DNA of 64,000 nt from an uncultured Acidobacteriota bacterium (GCA_963797495.1 CAWCPN010000002.1:1620096-1684095), one strand, 5' to 3'; positions 19,520 to 31,598 are shown, counted from the stretch's first letter. Numbers and translations are program-made. The notes: generated by a model not told the origin, from the letters alone.

Positions 19520-20308
19520 TCACCACGCGATCTTCTCCGGCGCCAGGATCGGCCCCTCGCTGCAGGAGACGATGAAAGCCTTCTCGGTCCCCGGGATCAC
19601 GCAGCCCAGGCACACGCCGAAGCCGCAACCCATCTCCGCCTCGGTCGAAAATTCCGCCGGAATTCCGGCCTCCCCGACGACCTTCGCGAGCGCGGCGAAC
19701 ATGGGCATGGGGCCGCAGGCGTAGACGCGGGTGTAACGCGCGCCCCCGGCGAGCCGCCGCGCGAGCGCCTCGGTGACGAAGCCCTTCTCGCCGAGCGATC
19801 CGTCGTCGCTGGCGAGCACGGTGTCTCCGCGGACGAGACCGTCGAACCGCGACCGGATCGAAAGCTCGCGCTCGTTGCGCCCGCCGAAGTAGAAGTCACA
19901 CGGGATCCCGGCCGCCCGGAGCGCTTTCAGGAGCAGCGGGAAGGGGGCCGCCCCGATCCCGCCCGCGACGACGGCCGCCCGGGACCCGCGCGGCAGGTCC
20001 GACACGCCGAAGGCATTTCCGAGCGGCCCGAGCAGGCGCACCTGGGAGCCCTCGGGAAGCTCCTCGAGAGCGCCCGTTCCGGCCCCGATCGTCTTGATCA
20101 GAAGCTCGACCGTGCCGGCGAGCTCTTCCGCGTCGGCCACCGAATAGGCCCGACGGAGGTAGGGCCGCAACCGCCCTGGCACCTCGAGCATGACGAACTG
20201 TCCGGGAGCGATGACACCCGCGAGCGGCGGGCAGCGGAAGGTGACCGAAAAGAGCCCGGGCGAGAAAACGTGACGTCGGAGGAGCGTCGCTCGGTGGTCG
20301 GACTTCAC
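19520..20308 (-). CDS. pyrK: Dihydroorotate dehydrogenase electron-transfer subunit (FAD / 2Fe-2S)
   Basis: RAYSVAD FAD-binding motif, AGGIGAAP NAD motif, C-terminal Cys cluster CGFGVCLGC. Confidence 0.75.
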   Translation of the reverse strand: MKSDHRATLLRRHVFSPGLFSVTFRCPPLAGVIAPGQFVMLEVPGRLRPYLRRAYSVADAEELAGTVELLIKTIGAGTGALEELPEGSQVRLLGPLGNAFGVSDLPRGSRAAVVAGGIGAAPFPLLLKALRAAGIPCDFYFGGRNERELSIRSRFDGLVRGDTVLASDDGSLGEKGFVTEALARRLAGGARYTRVYACGPMPMFAALAKVVGEAGIPAEFSTEAEMGCGFGVCLGCVIPGTEKAFIVSCSEGPILAPEKIAW

Positions 20309-20337
20309 CGAGGCGCGATTCTATCCCGCCGGGGGAG

Positions 20338-20526
20338 CTAGACCTCGATCGCCCCGGTCAATTCCGACTCGTTCGGCTCCCGCTGCGCCTTTTCGTGGCA
20401 CTTCTCGCACAGGAGCCTCCCCTGGACTTCGCCGCCCGGCCTCGCGTAGGCGCCGCAGCCGTGGCAACGGCGCAGCGCCCGGTGATGGGCGTTCAGATCG
20501 AGCACCGCTTCCTGTCGTCTGATCAT
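20338..20526 (-). CDS. Small zinc-ribbon protein (CxxC...CxxC), hypothetical
   Basis: MIRRQEAVLDLNAHHRALRRCHGCGAYARPGGEVQGRLLCEKCHEKAQ. Start at internal Met of the 82-aa ORF is assumed. Confidence 0.3.
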   Translation of the reverse strand: MIRRQEAVLDLNAHHRALRRCHGCGAYARPGGEVQGRLLCEKCHEKAQREPNESELTGAIEV

Positions 20527-20743
20527 CGTCGTCCTTTCGCTTTCGATACACGAATCGATAGAGCACGACCCGTACCCGAATCTCAAACACTCACTGCACT
20601 TGACTTAGCGGCGCGCGCCGCCGGAGGAGTGTCGCCTTCTCAGCCGACGGAGTCCTCCACCGAGGTCATGTCGGGAGGGGCCGGTCCCCGCCCGGAAGTC
20701 CGGACGGCACAGCGGGCCGTCCAAAACGAAACCCCGAGATGAA

Positions 20744-22868
<2,125 letters not shown>

Positions 22869-22930
22869 TTCGCCTCCGGCGGCGAATATACCAAAGGGAT
22901 TCAGGAGGCTCGCGTGGCGCGGGCCACGCC

Positions 22931-23047
22931 CGCCGGGGCTAGAAGAGCTTGACGAAGCCCCAGAGCTCCAGGGCCGCCAGCCCCAGCGTCACGACCAGAA
23001 AGACGACGGCTTTGACGTCCAGTCTCGGGTCCGGCTGCGATTCCTCG
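22931..23047 (-). CDS. Possible small (38 aa) membrane protein
   Basis: [38 protein letters not shown] has one TM helix. Short, so weak. Confidence 0.2.
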
Positions 23048-23149
23048 GTGCTCACGGCCAATTGGGAAGCAGAACTCGTGCCACTCACAGGAGTTACGAT
23101 CCTCGCGCCCGATTTGTTTACCTCCCACCCTTGCTATGCTTCGCGTCCC

Positions 23150-24151
23150 ATGAGTTCGGTCCCCGGAGCCCCGTCGTATCCGAGATTTCCGCCGAGGCCG
23201 GCTCCGCCGGATCTTTCGACGATCGATCCGCGCCTGGATCTCGAAGCGGAGATCCGCGATCTCAAGCGACAAAAAAACGCGGTCCTCCTGGCCCACTACT
23301 ACCAAGAAGAGGCCATCCAGGACCTGGCCGACTTCGTCGGCGACTCCCTGGATCTTGCCCGCCGGGCCCAGCAGAGCGAGGCGAAGATCATCGCGTTCGC
23401 CGGCGTCCGCTTCATGGCGGAAACGGCCAAGATCCTGAACCCGACGCGCAAGGTCGTGCTGCCCGACTACGAGGCCGGCTGCTCGCTGGAGGACTCGTGT
23501 CCGCCGGAGGCCTTCCGGCGCTGGCGCGAGGAGCACCCGGGCGCGGTCTCGCTGACCTACATCAACTGCTCGGCGGCGGTGAAGGCGCTCTCGGACATCA
23601 TCGTCACCTCGTCGAACGCCGAGAAGATCGTGCGCTCGATCCCGCCGGACCAGGAAATCCTCTTCGCGCCGGACCGTCACCTGGGCGCCTACCTCGCGAA
23701 AACTCTCGATCGCCCGATGACGCTCTGGCCCGGCACCTGCATCGTCCATGAGCAGTTTTCCGAGCGCGAGATCGTGAAGCTCAAGGCCAGGCACCCCGGC
23801 GCGAAGCTCGCCGCCCACCCCGAGTGTCCCGAGGCGATCCTCCGGCACGCCGACCACGTCGGATCGACGCGCTCGATCCTCAACTACGTGACGACGGCTC
23901 CCTTCCGGACCTTCCTCATCGCGACCGAGGAGGGGATCATCCACCAGATGAAGAAGCTCGCGCCCGAGCGCGAGTACATCCCGGTGCCGCCCGACAACGG
24001 GTGCCGGTGCAACGAGTGTCCTTTCATGAAGCTCAACACGCTCGAAAAGCTCTATCTCTGCCTGCGCGACGAGCGGCCCGAGATCCTCCTGCCCGAGGAG
24101 CTCCGCAAGGCGGCCGAAAAACCGCTGCAGCGCATGCTCGAGCTGTCGTAG
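23150..24151 (+). CDS. nadA: Quinolinate synthase
   Basis: AVLLAHYYQ, FMAETAKIL and C-terminal CNECPFMKLNT motifs. Confidence 0.85.
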   Translation: MSSVPGAPSYPRFPPRPAPPDLSTIDPRLDLEAEIRDLKRQKNAVLLAHYYQEEAIQDLADFVGDSLDLARRAQQSEAKIIAFAGVRFMAETAKILNPTRKVVLPDYEAGCSLEDSCPPEAFRRWREEHPGAVSLTYINCSAAVKALSDIIVTSSNAEKIVRSIPPDQEILFAPDRHLGAYLAKTLDRPMTLWPGTCIVHEQFSEREIVKLKARHPGAKLAAHPECPEAILRHADHVGSTRSILNYVTTAPFRTFLIATEEGIIHQMKKLAPEREYIPVPPDNGCRCNECPFMKLNTLEKLYLCLRDERPEILLPEELRKAAEKPLQRMLELS

Positions 24152-24210
24152 CCGTCGCTCACGCTTGTGGGGGATCTGCGCCCGGCGGCGTGCCATATCC
24201 TCCGCGTTCT

Positions 24211-25065
24211 ATGGACCACTTCTCCGGGGAGGCCCTCGACGACTGCCTCCGGCGGTTCCTGTCGGAGGACGTCGGCCGTCTGGACGTCACGACCGAGGCC
24301 ACGGTCGCGCCCGGCACGCGGGCGCGCGGCGAGCTCGTCGCCAAGTCCGACGTCGTCGTCTCGGGGCTCCCCGTTGCGCGCCGGGTTTTCGAGCTCCTCG
24401 ATCCGGACCTCGGCTGGTCCGACGAGGCCGCCGCGGGGGCGTCGCTGACCGCGCCGGCTCGGCTCGCGAAACTCTCCGGCCGCGCGCGGGCGATCCTGAC
24501 GTCCGAGCGCGTGGCGCTCAATCTCCTGCAGCGGATGTGCGGAATCGCCACGATCACGCGCCGGTTCGCCGACGCCGTCGCGGGCACCGGCTGCCGGATC
24601 CTCGATACCCGCAAGACGGCTCCGGGCCTGCGGCCCTTCGACCGGCAGGCCGTCCGCGACGGCGGCGGAAGCAACCACCGATACGATCTGACCGAAATGG
24701 TCCTGATCAAGGACAACCACCGCCGGCTCGCGGGCGGAGTCCCGGCCGCGATCGCGAAGGCCCGGGCGCAGGCCCCGGCCGGCACCGCCGTCGAGGTCGA
24801 GGTCGAGTCGGAGGCGGAGCTGGCGCAGGCCCTGGCCGCCGGCGCCGACCGGATCCTGATCGACAACCAGTCTGCCGAAACGGTGGCTCGCTGGTGCGGC
24901 CTCGCGCGCGCGACCGGCCGCCCGGTCTTCGTCGAGGCTTCGGGAAACATGCGGCTCGAAACGGTGCGTGCCTACGCGCTGGCGGGCGTCGACGCGGTGT
25001 CGGTCGGCTCGCTGACGCACTCGGTCGTCGCGGCGGACGTCTCCCTGGAGCTCGAGCTCGGGTGA
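24211..25065 (+). CDS. nadC: Nicotinate-nucleotide pyrophosphorylase (carboxylating)
   Basis: LDTRKTAPGLR and LIKDNH motifs. Stop overlaps the nadB GTG (GTGA). Confidence 0.85.
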   Translation: MDHFSGEALDDCLRRFLSEDVGRLDVTTEATVAPGTRARGELVAKSDVVVSGLPVARRVFELLDPDLGWSDEAAAGASLTAPARLAKLSGRARAILTSERVALNLLQRMCGIATITRRFADAVAGTGCRILDTRKTAPGLRPFDRQAVRDGGGSNHRYDLTEMVLIKDNHRRLAGGVPAAIAKARAQAPAGTAVEVEVESEAELAQALAAGADRILIDNQSAETVARWCGLARATGRPVFVEASGNMRLETVRAYALAGVDAVSVGSLTHSVVAADVSLELELG

Positions 25066-26618
25066 GCGTCGAGAGGACCGACGTCCTCGTGCTCGGCACC
25101 GGCGTCGCCGGGTGCACCGCCGCGCTCGCCGCCGCGCGGGGCGGCGCCGAGGTCGCGATCGTCACCCGGGCCGTGGAAGCCCGGGAGTCCAACACGCTCT
25201 ACGCCCAGGGCGGCATCGTCGCCCGTCCCGCCGGCGACTCGCCGGAGAAGCTCGCGGCCGACATCGAACGCGCGGGCGATGGGATCGGCTCGCCGGAAGC
25301 CATCGCGCTGATCGCGCGGGAGGGGCCCGACCTCGTCCAGAAACTCCTCGTCGAGGAGCTGCAGGTCCCCTTCGACCGGGAGGGCACCGGATTTCACTGG
25401 ACGCTGGAAGGCGCGCACTCGGTGCCCCGCGTACTCCACGTCAAGGACGAGACGGGAGCGCCGATCGAGCGGGCGCTCCTCGATGCGTGCCACCGCGAGA
25501 AAAACATCACCTGGCTTCTCGAGACGACGGCCGTCGACCTTCTCACGCTTTCCCACGACTCCGTCGATCCCGCCGACCGCTATCACCCGCCGGTCGTGAT
25601 CGGCGCGCAACTGCTCGAACGAAAGACCGGCGTCGTCCGGCCCCTCCTCGCGCACGAAACGATCCTGGCGACCGGCGGCCTCGGCCAGGTGTACCTCCAC
25701 ACGACCAATCCGCTCGGCGCGCGGGGCGACGGGTTCGCCATGGCGCGACGCGCCGGAGCGCGCCTCCTGAACCTCGAGTACGTCCAGTTCCACCCGACGG
25801 CCCTGCTCCATGCGAAGGGACGCCTGCTTCTGACCGAGGCGCTGCGCGGCGAAGGCGCCCGCATCACCGACGCCAACGGCCGGGAGTTCCTCAAGGCGGT
25901 GCATCCGGACGGCGAGCTCGCGCCCCGCGACGTCGTCGCCCGGGCGATCCACCAGCGCATGCTGGAGAAGGACGAGCCGCATGCCCTGCTCGACATCTCG
26001 CACAAGAGCGCCGCGTGGATCCAGGAACGCTTCCCCGGCCTCGTCGCGCGCTGCCGGGAGCTCGGCTTCGACCTGACGGCCGGACCGGTGCCCGTCGTCC
26101 CGGCCGCCCACTATGCGTGCGGCGGTGTCGCCGCCGATGCCAACGGGCGCACGACCCTGGGGCACCTGCGCGCGGTCGGTGAAGTTTCGTGCACGGGCGT
26201 TCACGGCGCCAACCGGCTCGCGTCGACGTCGCTGCTCGAGGGGCTCCTCTGGGGGTGGCGCGCCGGCCGGGCGGCGGCCCGCGAGTCCGAGCGCCTGCGC
26301 CAGCGGCCGCTGCCCGAAGTCCGGCCGTGGCAGCCGGAGAACGAACCGGTCGACCCGGCCCTGATCGCCCAGGACTGGATGGTCATCCGCCACACCATGT
26401 GGAACTACGTGGGTCTCCTGCGCTCCGAGCGGCGGCTCGATCGGGCCGGAAGGATCCTCGGAGAGCTGCGGGACGAGATCGAGAACTTCTACCGCCGGAC
26501 GACCATGTCGGACGCCCTCCTCGGCCTGCGCAACGGCGTCCAGACCGCCATGTCGATCCACCGCGCAGCCTCCGACAACCGGGTCTCCCGCGGCTGCCAC
26601 CACCGCGTCGACGGCTGA
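25062..26618 (+). CDS. nadB: L-aspartate oxidase
   Basis: VLVLGTGVAGCTAAL FAD motif, YAQGGI, HYACGG. Confidence 0.85.
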   Translation: MSVERTDVLVLGTGVAGCTAALAAARGGAEVAIVTRAVEARESNTLYAQGGIVARPAGDSPEKLAADIERAGDGIGSPEAIALIAREGPDLVQKLLVEELQVPFDREGTGFHWTLEGAHSVPRVLHVKDETGAPIERALLDACHREKNITWLLETTAVDLLTLSHDSVDPADRYHPPVVIGAQLLERKTGVVRPLLAHETILATGGLGQVYLHTTNPLGARGDGFAMARRAGARLLNLEYVQFHPTALLHAKGRLLLTEALRGEGARITDANGREFLKAVHPDGELAPRDVVARAIHQRMLEKDEPHALLDISHKSAAWIQERFPGLVARCRELGFDLTAGPVPVVPAAHYACGGVAADANGRTTLGHLRAVGEVSCTGVHGANRLASTSLLEGLLWGWRAGRAAARESERLRQRPLPEVRPWQPENEPVDPALIAQDWMVIRHTMWNYVGLLRSERRLDRAGRILGELRDEIENFYRRTTMSDALLGLRNGVQTAMSIHRAASDNRVSRGCHHRVDG

Positions 26619-26767
26619 CCGTCGCTCCGCGTATCGCCGGGATCTGCTCCGCACCGGCCCTCGGCTCGCCCGGATGCGGGCTCGACCGCGGGCCTGATCC
26701 CGGCCTTCCGTTCCGCGCCAGCGCCGGCCTTCGAACCTGGCTCCAGGCTGCTATAGTCCCCGCTGCC

Positions 26768-27331
26768 ATGAGCGTTCTTTACCTGCATTTCGAGACGTCC
26801 GAGCGGGCCGGACGGCTCGCCAAGCTCCAGAAGAGCGGCGCCCACGTGGTCGTCGTCGAGCCGCGCTGGCCCGGCTTCTTCGAACTCGCCAAGCGCGAGA
26901 AGCCTTATGCGATCGCGATCGACTTCTCCCAGGCGCCGTCCCACTCCCTGGAGACCGCGGACTACATGTCCAAGGCCAAGGAAACCAAGGACGCGACCTA
27001 CTTCCTCCTCCGGGTCCCCACCGACCGGAAGGAGGCGGTCCTCAAGCGCCTCCCCAAGGCCCATCTCGTGACGGAAAACGAGCTCTCCGGGAGGCTCGCG
27101 CAGATGGAGAAGGAGGCCGCCGAGCGGGCGCGCCAGAAGAAGGAGGCCGCAGCGGCCGCCAAGAAGGCGGCGCGCGCCGCCGGTGCCGCCGCCAGGGCCG
27201 CGGCCGCGGGCAAGGCCCGCCCGGCCGCGCCGGCTCCCAAGGCGAAAGTTTCGAAGGCCCGGCCCGCGCGGCCGAAGAAGGCGGCGAAAAAGCCCGCCGC
27301 CAAGAAAACCCAGCCGAAGAAAAAGAAGTGA
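26768..27331 (+). CDS. Hypothetical protein with Lys/Ala-rich histone H1-like C-terminal tail
   Basis: Globular N-terminal domain of about 110 aa (MSVLYLHFETSERAGRLAKLQKSGAHVVVVEP...), then a coiled region and a tail AKKAAKKPAAKKTQPKKKK. Confidence 0.4.
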   Translation: MSVLYLHFETSERAGRLAKLQKSGAHVVVVEPRWPGFFELAKREKPYAIAIDFSQAPSHSLETADYMSKAKETKDATYFLLRVPTDRKEAVLKRLPKAHLVTENELSGRLAQMEKEAAERARQKKEAAAAAKKAARAAGAAARAAAAGKARPAAPAPKAKVSKARPARPKKAAKKPAAKKTQPKKKK

Positions 27332-28710
27332 CGGAGGAGCCAGGGATGCCCGGATTCAGCCGAGAAGAGCTTCAGTCTCACGCCCGCGGCAAGCGCCCCG
27401 AGTTCGAAGATGTCCTCAAACGGATCGTCGAGATCCCGTCGGTTTCCGTCGAGCCGGAGCGCAAGGGCGAGGTTCACCGGGCCGCCGAGTACGCGGTCTC
27501 CCTCCTGCGGTCCTTCGGCGCCAAGGCCACCCTCTACGAGACCCAGGGCCACCCCATCGTCTACGGCCGGTTCGATCGCGGCCCGGGCCTTCCGACCGTG
27601 ACGGTCTACAACCACCTCGACGTCCAGCCCGCCGAGGGGCCCGACTGGAACACGGCCCCGTTCGATTTCATCCGCGAAGGCGACAAGTACCGCGGCCGTG
27701 GCACCACCGACGACAAGGGACCGGCGATGACGGCGCTCTTCGGTGCGCGCTACGCGTTCGAGCACAAGGTCCCGCTGAACATCCACTTCCTCTGGGAGCT
27801 CGAAGAGGAGATCGGCAGCCCCCACTTCGAGACGACGATCCGCGCCAACGCCAGGGATTTCGCGACCGACTCCATCGTGGTCTCGGACACCGTCTGGGTG
27901 TCCCGCGCGCGGCCGGCGTGCCCGGCGGGGCTGCGCGGCCTCCAGGGCTTCCGCTTCGACCTCCAGACGGGCGAGACCGACCAGCACTCGGGCACGGCCG
28001 GCGGCGCCGCGCGCAACCCCGTCACCGAGCTCTGCCAGCTCATCGCCGACTGCGTCGACGGCCGGAGCGGCCGCGTGAAGATCCCCGGCTTCTACAAGGA
28101 CGTCGTGCCGCCGACGAAGAAGGAGCTCGAGGACCTGAAGAAGTGCGGCTTCACGGTCCGCGACTTCAAGAAGGATCATCTGTTCCGCTCTCTGCGCGTC
28201 GACGACGCGCTCGAGGTCATGAAACGGATCTGGATGATGCCGACCTTCGAGGTCCACGGCATCGCCGGCGGCTACCAGGGGCCCGGCGTGAAGACGATCA
28301 TCCCGCCCAAGGCCACGGCGATCGTGTCGTGCCGGCTGGTGCCGAAGATGAGCTCGGCGAAAATCGTCAAGCTCGTTCGGGACTTCGTGAAGAAGAAGAA
28401 CCCCGACGTGAAGGTCTCGGCCGAGCACGCGCTGCCGCCCTACGAGGGCAAGACCACCGGGCCCTACGCCGACGCGATCCGCGGAGCCATGAAGTTCGCG
28501 TTCGGCAGGGACCCGGTTTTCGTCCGGGAGGGCGGTTCGATCGGCGCCGTTCTCTCCATGGAAAAGGTCCTCAAGGCGCCCGTTTTCTTCCTCGGGCTGT
28601 CGCTGCCCGAGCACGGCTACCACGCGCCCAACGAGAATTTCGACTGGCCCCAGGCCGAAGGCGGTATCGCGGCGTTCGCGGACTACTTCCGACGACTCGC
28701 CGAAATGTAG
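27328..28710 (+). CDS. M20 family metallopeptidase (dipeptidase-like)
   Basis: YNHLDVQPAE, GRGTTDDKG and the C-terminal dimerisation region. GTG start overlaps the upstream stop. Confidence 0.75.
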   Translation: MTEEPGMPGFSREELQSHARGKRPEFEDVLKRIVEIPSVSVEPERKGEVHRAAEYAVSLLRSFGAKATLYETQGHPIVYGRFDRGPGLPTVTVYNHLDVQPAEGPDWNTAPFDFIREGDKYRGRGTTDDKGPAMTALFGARYAFEHKVPLNIHFLWELEEEIGSPHFETTIRANARDFATDSIVVSDTVWVSRARPACPAGLRGLQGFRFDLQTGETDQHSGTAGGAARNPVTELCQLIADCVDGRSGRVKIPGFYKDVVPPTKKELEDLKKCGFTVRDFKKDHLFRSLRVDDALEVMKRIWMMPTFEVHGIAGGYQGPGVKTIIPPKATAIVSCRLVPKMSSAKIVKLVRDFVKKKNPDVKVSAEHALPPYEGKTTGPYADAIRGAMKFAFGRDPVFVREGGSIGAVLSMEKVLKAPVFFLGLSLPEHGYHAPNENFDWPQAEGGIAAFADYFRRLAEM

Positions 28711-28732
28711 GGGCGGCCCGGGTGGCCGCCCG
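28711..28732 (+). terminator. GC-rich hairpin gggcggcccgggtggccgcccg immediately after the M20 stop
   Basis: Perfect 8-bp stem GGGCGGCC/GGCCGCCC with a 5-nt loop. A near-identical element follows the next gene (31124). Confidence 0.35.
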
Positions 28733-28777
28733 TCTCAGCGGGGCAGGGACCGGTCCCCCCCGCCGACGGGGGACTGA

Positions 28778-31072
28778 ATGAAGCGTCTTCGTCTTCTCGC
28801 CGCTCCTCTGCTGCTCGTACCCTGCTTTCTTTTCGCCCAGGCCGCCGACAGGCGCGCCGATCCCCTCTCCGAACAACTCGATCGGATCTACAACCAGAAG
28901 GTCTACGAGGAGAAGAAGTTCGGCCCGTTTCAGTGGCTCGAAGGCGGGAAGGCCTATACGACCGTCGAACCCTCGCCCGCCACGCCCGGCGGGCAAGACA
29001 TCGTTCGCTACGACTCGGCGACGGGAGCGCGCCGGGTTCTCGTCGCGGCCGCGGCTCTCGTTCCGCCCGGCGGCGGCAAGCCGCTCGCGGTCGAGGACTA
29101 CGCCTGGTCGGGCGACGGGAAGGGGCTCCTGATCTTCACGAACACGAAGAAGGTCTGGCGCAAGAACACCCGTGGCGACTACTGGGTCCTCGACATCCCG
29201 ACGGGTCGCCTGACGAAGATGGGCGCGGACAAGCCCGCCTCGAGCCTCATGTTCGCGAAGTTCTCCCCCGACGGCACCCGTGTCGCGTACGTCCAGGCGA
29301 ACGACATCTGGGTCGAGGACGTCGCCTCCGGACGCGTCGCACGGCTGACCTCCGACGGCGGCCCGACGACCATCAACGGCACGGCCGACTGGGTCTACGA
29401 GGAGGAGTTCGGGATTCGCGACGGCTTCCGCTGGAGCCCGGACGGCCGGGACGTCGCTTTCTGGCACTTCGACGCGAGCGGCATCGGCGACTTTCAGCTC
29501 ATCAACGACACGGACACGCTCTATCCGGTCGTTACCCACATCCCGTACCCCAAGGCCGGCACGACGAATTCGGCCGTCCGGATCGGGATCGTCTCGGCCG
29601 CCGGCGGCGCGCCGCCGCGCTGGGTCGAGCTTCCGGGCGACCCGCGCAACACCTACGTCGCGCGCATGGAGTACGTCGACTTCTCCGGCGAGGTCGTGCT
29701 CCAGCAGCTCAACCGGCTCCAGAACACCAACGACGTCTGGCTCGTCAGCCCCGGAACCGGCAAGGCCCGGAAGATGCTGCGAGACGAAGACCGCGCCTGG
29801 CTCGACGTCGTCGAGTCGTGGCAGTGGCTCCCGGACCGGGAGCTGCTCTGGATCAGCGAGAAGCACGGCTGGCGGCACGCCTACGCCGCCCCCCGCGACG
29901 GAACGGACTGGCGGCTGCTGACACCCGGCGATTTCGACATCGAGTCGGTCGAGGGCGTCGACGACAAGAACGAGTATCTCTATTTCATCGCGTCGCCCAC
30001 GGACGCGACGCGGCGATACCTCTACCGCGCGCGGCTCGACGGCCGCGGGATGCCCGAGCGCATCACGCCCGCCGGGCAGGCCGGAACGCACGCGTACAGG
30101 ATCTCGCCCGACGGCAAGTACGCGGTCCACACCGTCTCGACGATCGACCGGCCCCCGGTCACCGACCTCGTCGAGCTCCCGTCCCACCGGACCATCCGCG
30201 TCCTCGAAGACAACCGGGCCCTCGCCGCGGCCGTCGCCCCGGTGATGACGCCGGCCACGGAGTTCTTCAAGATCGACATCGGTGGCGGAGTGACGCTCGA
30301 CGGCTGGATGGTCAAGCCGAAGGACTTCGATCCGCACAAGAAGTACCCGCTCCTCATGTACGTTTACGGAGAGCCCGCCGGCGTCGAGGTCACCGACAAG
30401 TGGCGCGGCGATCCCACGTACCGGATGCTCTTTCACCGCGCGCTCGCCGACGCGGGCTACGTCGTCGCCTGCGTCGACAACCGCGGCACGCCGTCGCTGA
30501 AGGGCCGCGAGTGGCGCAAGATGATCTACGGAGAGATCGGGGTCCTCGCGACGCAGGACCAGACCGCGGCGGTCCGGACGCTGCTCGCGTCGCGGCCGTA
30601 TCTCGATCCCGACCGCGTGGCTTCCTGGGGCTGGAGCGGCGGCGGATCGATGACGCTGAACCTTCTGTTCCGTTCGCCCGACCTCTACAAGGTCGGCATG
30701 TCGGTCGCGCCCGTTCCCGACCAGAGGCTCTACGACACGATCTACCAGGAGCGCTACATGGGCCTGCCGCAGGACAACGCGGAGGGCTACCGCAAGGGCT
30801 CCCCCATCAACTTCGCCGAGGGCCTCGAGGGAAAGCTCCTGCTCGTTCACGGCTCCGGCGACGACAACGTCCACTACCAGGGCTCGGAGCGACTGATCAA
30901 CCGACTGATCGTTCTCGGCAAGCCCTTCGATTTCATGGTTTACCCGAACCGCACGCACGCGATCAACGAAGGCGAGGGGACCTCCGACCACCTGCACGCG
31001 CGGCTCGCGCGGCACCTGCGCGAGAACCTCCCGCCGGGCGGGAAGCCGGCGTCGAGCGCCGCTCCGCGCTAG
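28778..31072 (+). CDS. Dipeptidyl-peptidase IV family (S9B) prolyl oligopeptidase with N-terminal beta-propeller
   Basis: Signal peptide, catalytic GWSGGG (Ser) motif, and VHGSGDDNVHYQ / RTHAINEGE motifs carrying the catalytic Asp and His. Confidence 0.8.
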   Translation: MKRLRLLAAPLLLVPCFLFAQAADRRADPLSEQLDRIYNQKVYEEKKFGPFQWLEGGKAYTTVEPSPATPGGQDIVRYDSATGARRVLVAAAALVPPGGGKPLAVEDYAWSGDGKGLLIFTNTKKVWRKNTRGDYWVLDIPTGRLTKMGADKPASSLMFAKFSPDGTRVAYVQANDIWVEDVASGRVARLTSDGGPTTINGTADWVYEEEFGIRDGFRWSPDGRDVAFWHFDASGIGDFQLINDTDTLYPVVTHIPYPKAGTTNSAVRIGIVSAAGGAPPRWVELPGDPRNTYVARMEYVDFSGEVVLQQLNRLQNTNDVWLVSPGTGKARKMLRDEDRAWLDVVESWQWLPDRELLWISEKHGWRHAYAAPRDGTDWRLLTPGDFDIESVEGVDDKNEYLYFIASPTDATRRYLYRARLDGRGMPERITPAGQAGTHAYRISPDGKYAVHTVSTIDRPPVTDLVELPSHRTIRVLEDNRALAAAVAPVMTPATEFFKIDIGGGVTLDGWMVKPKDFDPHKKYPLLMYVYGEPAGVEVTDKWRGDPTYRMLFHRALADAGYVVACVDNRGTPSLKGREWRKMIYGEIGVLATQDQTAAVRTLLASRPYLDPDRVASWGWSGGGSMTLNLLFRSPDLYKVGMSVAPVPDQRLYDTIYQERYMGLPQDNAEGYRKGSPINFAEGLEGKLLLVHGSGDDNVHYQGSERLINRLIVLGKPFDFMVYPNRTHAINEGEGTSDHLHARLARHLRENLPPGGKPASSAAPR

Positions 31073-31123
31073 TCTTTTCAGCAGGTCGTTCACACAATGC
31101 GGCGACGAAGGGTCCCGGCCGCA

Positions 31124-31146
31124 GGGGCGGCCCTCGTGGCCGCCCG
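31124..31146 (+). terminator. GC-rich hairpin ggggcggccctcgtggccgcccg after the DPP4 stop
   Basis: Same 8-bp stem as at 28711, different loop. Confidence 0.35.
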
Positions 31147-31256
31147 TTGATGCGCCGGCGATTCGCGTGCCGCCCCTCGACACCGGGGGGGCGCCCGCAA
31201 GGAGCGCCCCGACGTACCGGGGCACGTCGGATTCAAGACGTCTCGAGAACTGGCGA

Positions 31257-31598
31257 CTAGTCTTTCGAGAAGCCCAGAAGTCCGCGGAAGAATCCGCGCC
31301 GGTCGCGATCGTGACGAAGGATCACGGTTTCGAGCTCGCCCCGGTCGAAGAAGATGCCGCCGCAGTCGGGGCACTTCTCGACCTCGACCCCGGAGATCGA
31401 CTCGGTCTGCATGTCCGCGCCGCACTTCGGACACTTCTTCCAGTGGGCCTTGACGCGCGCCTCGAGCTCGGAGCTCTGAATGGCCTCCCGGGAATTGGCG
31501 CGCTTCCTGCGGGCGGCCTCCAGCATAGCGGCCTCGTTCTGCCGGAACCAGCCATCTTCTCTCACTCTGCGGATCTCTTCGGCGTCGTAGTCGGCCAT
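31257..31598 (-). CDS. Zinc-ribbon domain protein (zf-TFIIB-like, COG3809-type)
   Basis: CPKCGADMQ...CPDCGGIFFDRGELE. Confidence 0.45.
   Translation of the reverse strand: MADYDAEEIRRVREDGWFRQNEAAMLEAARRKRANSREAIQSSELEARVKAHWKKCPKCGADMQTESISGVEVEKCPDCGGIFFDRGELETVILRHDRDRRGFFRGLLGFSKD

Noticed and set aside
17486-20341. 951-aa plus-strand ORF across the pyr operon
   Set aside because: Antisense to pyrF, pyrD and pyrK, which carry unmistakable catalytic motifs on the minus strand. Ala/Arg/Pro-rich.
22901-24196. 431-aa minus-strand ORF
   Set aside because: Antisense to nadA, which has the conserved quinolinate synthase motifs.
24972-26654. 560-aa minus-strand ORF
   Set aside because: Antisense to nadB.
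26998-31260. Several long ORFs: 26998..28623 (-), 28571..31225 (-), 28933..31260 (+)
   Set aside because: Antisense or off-frame to the M20 peptidase and DPP4 genes, whose catalytic motifs define the true frames.
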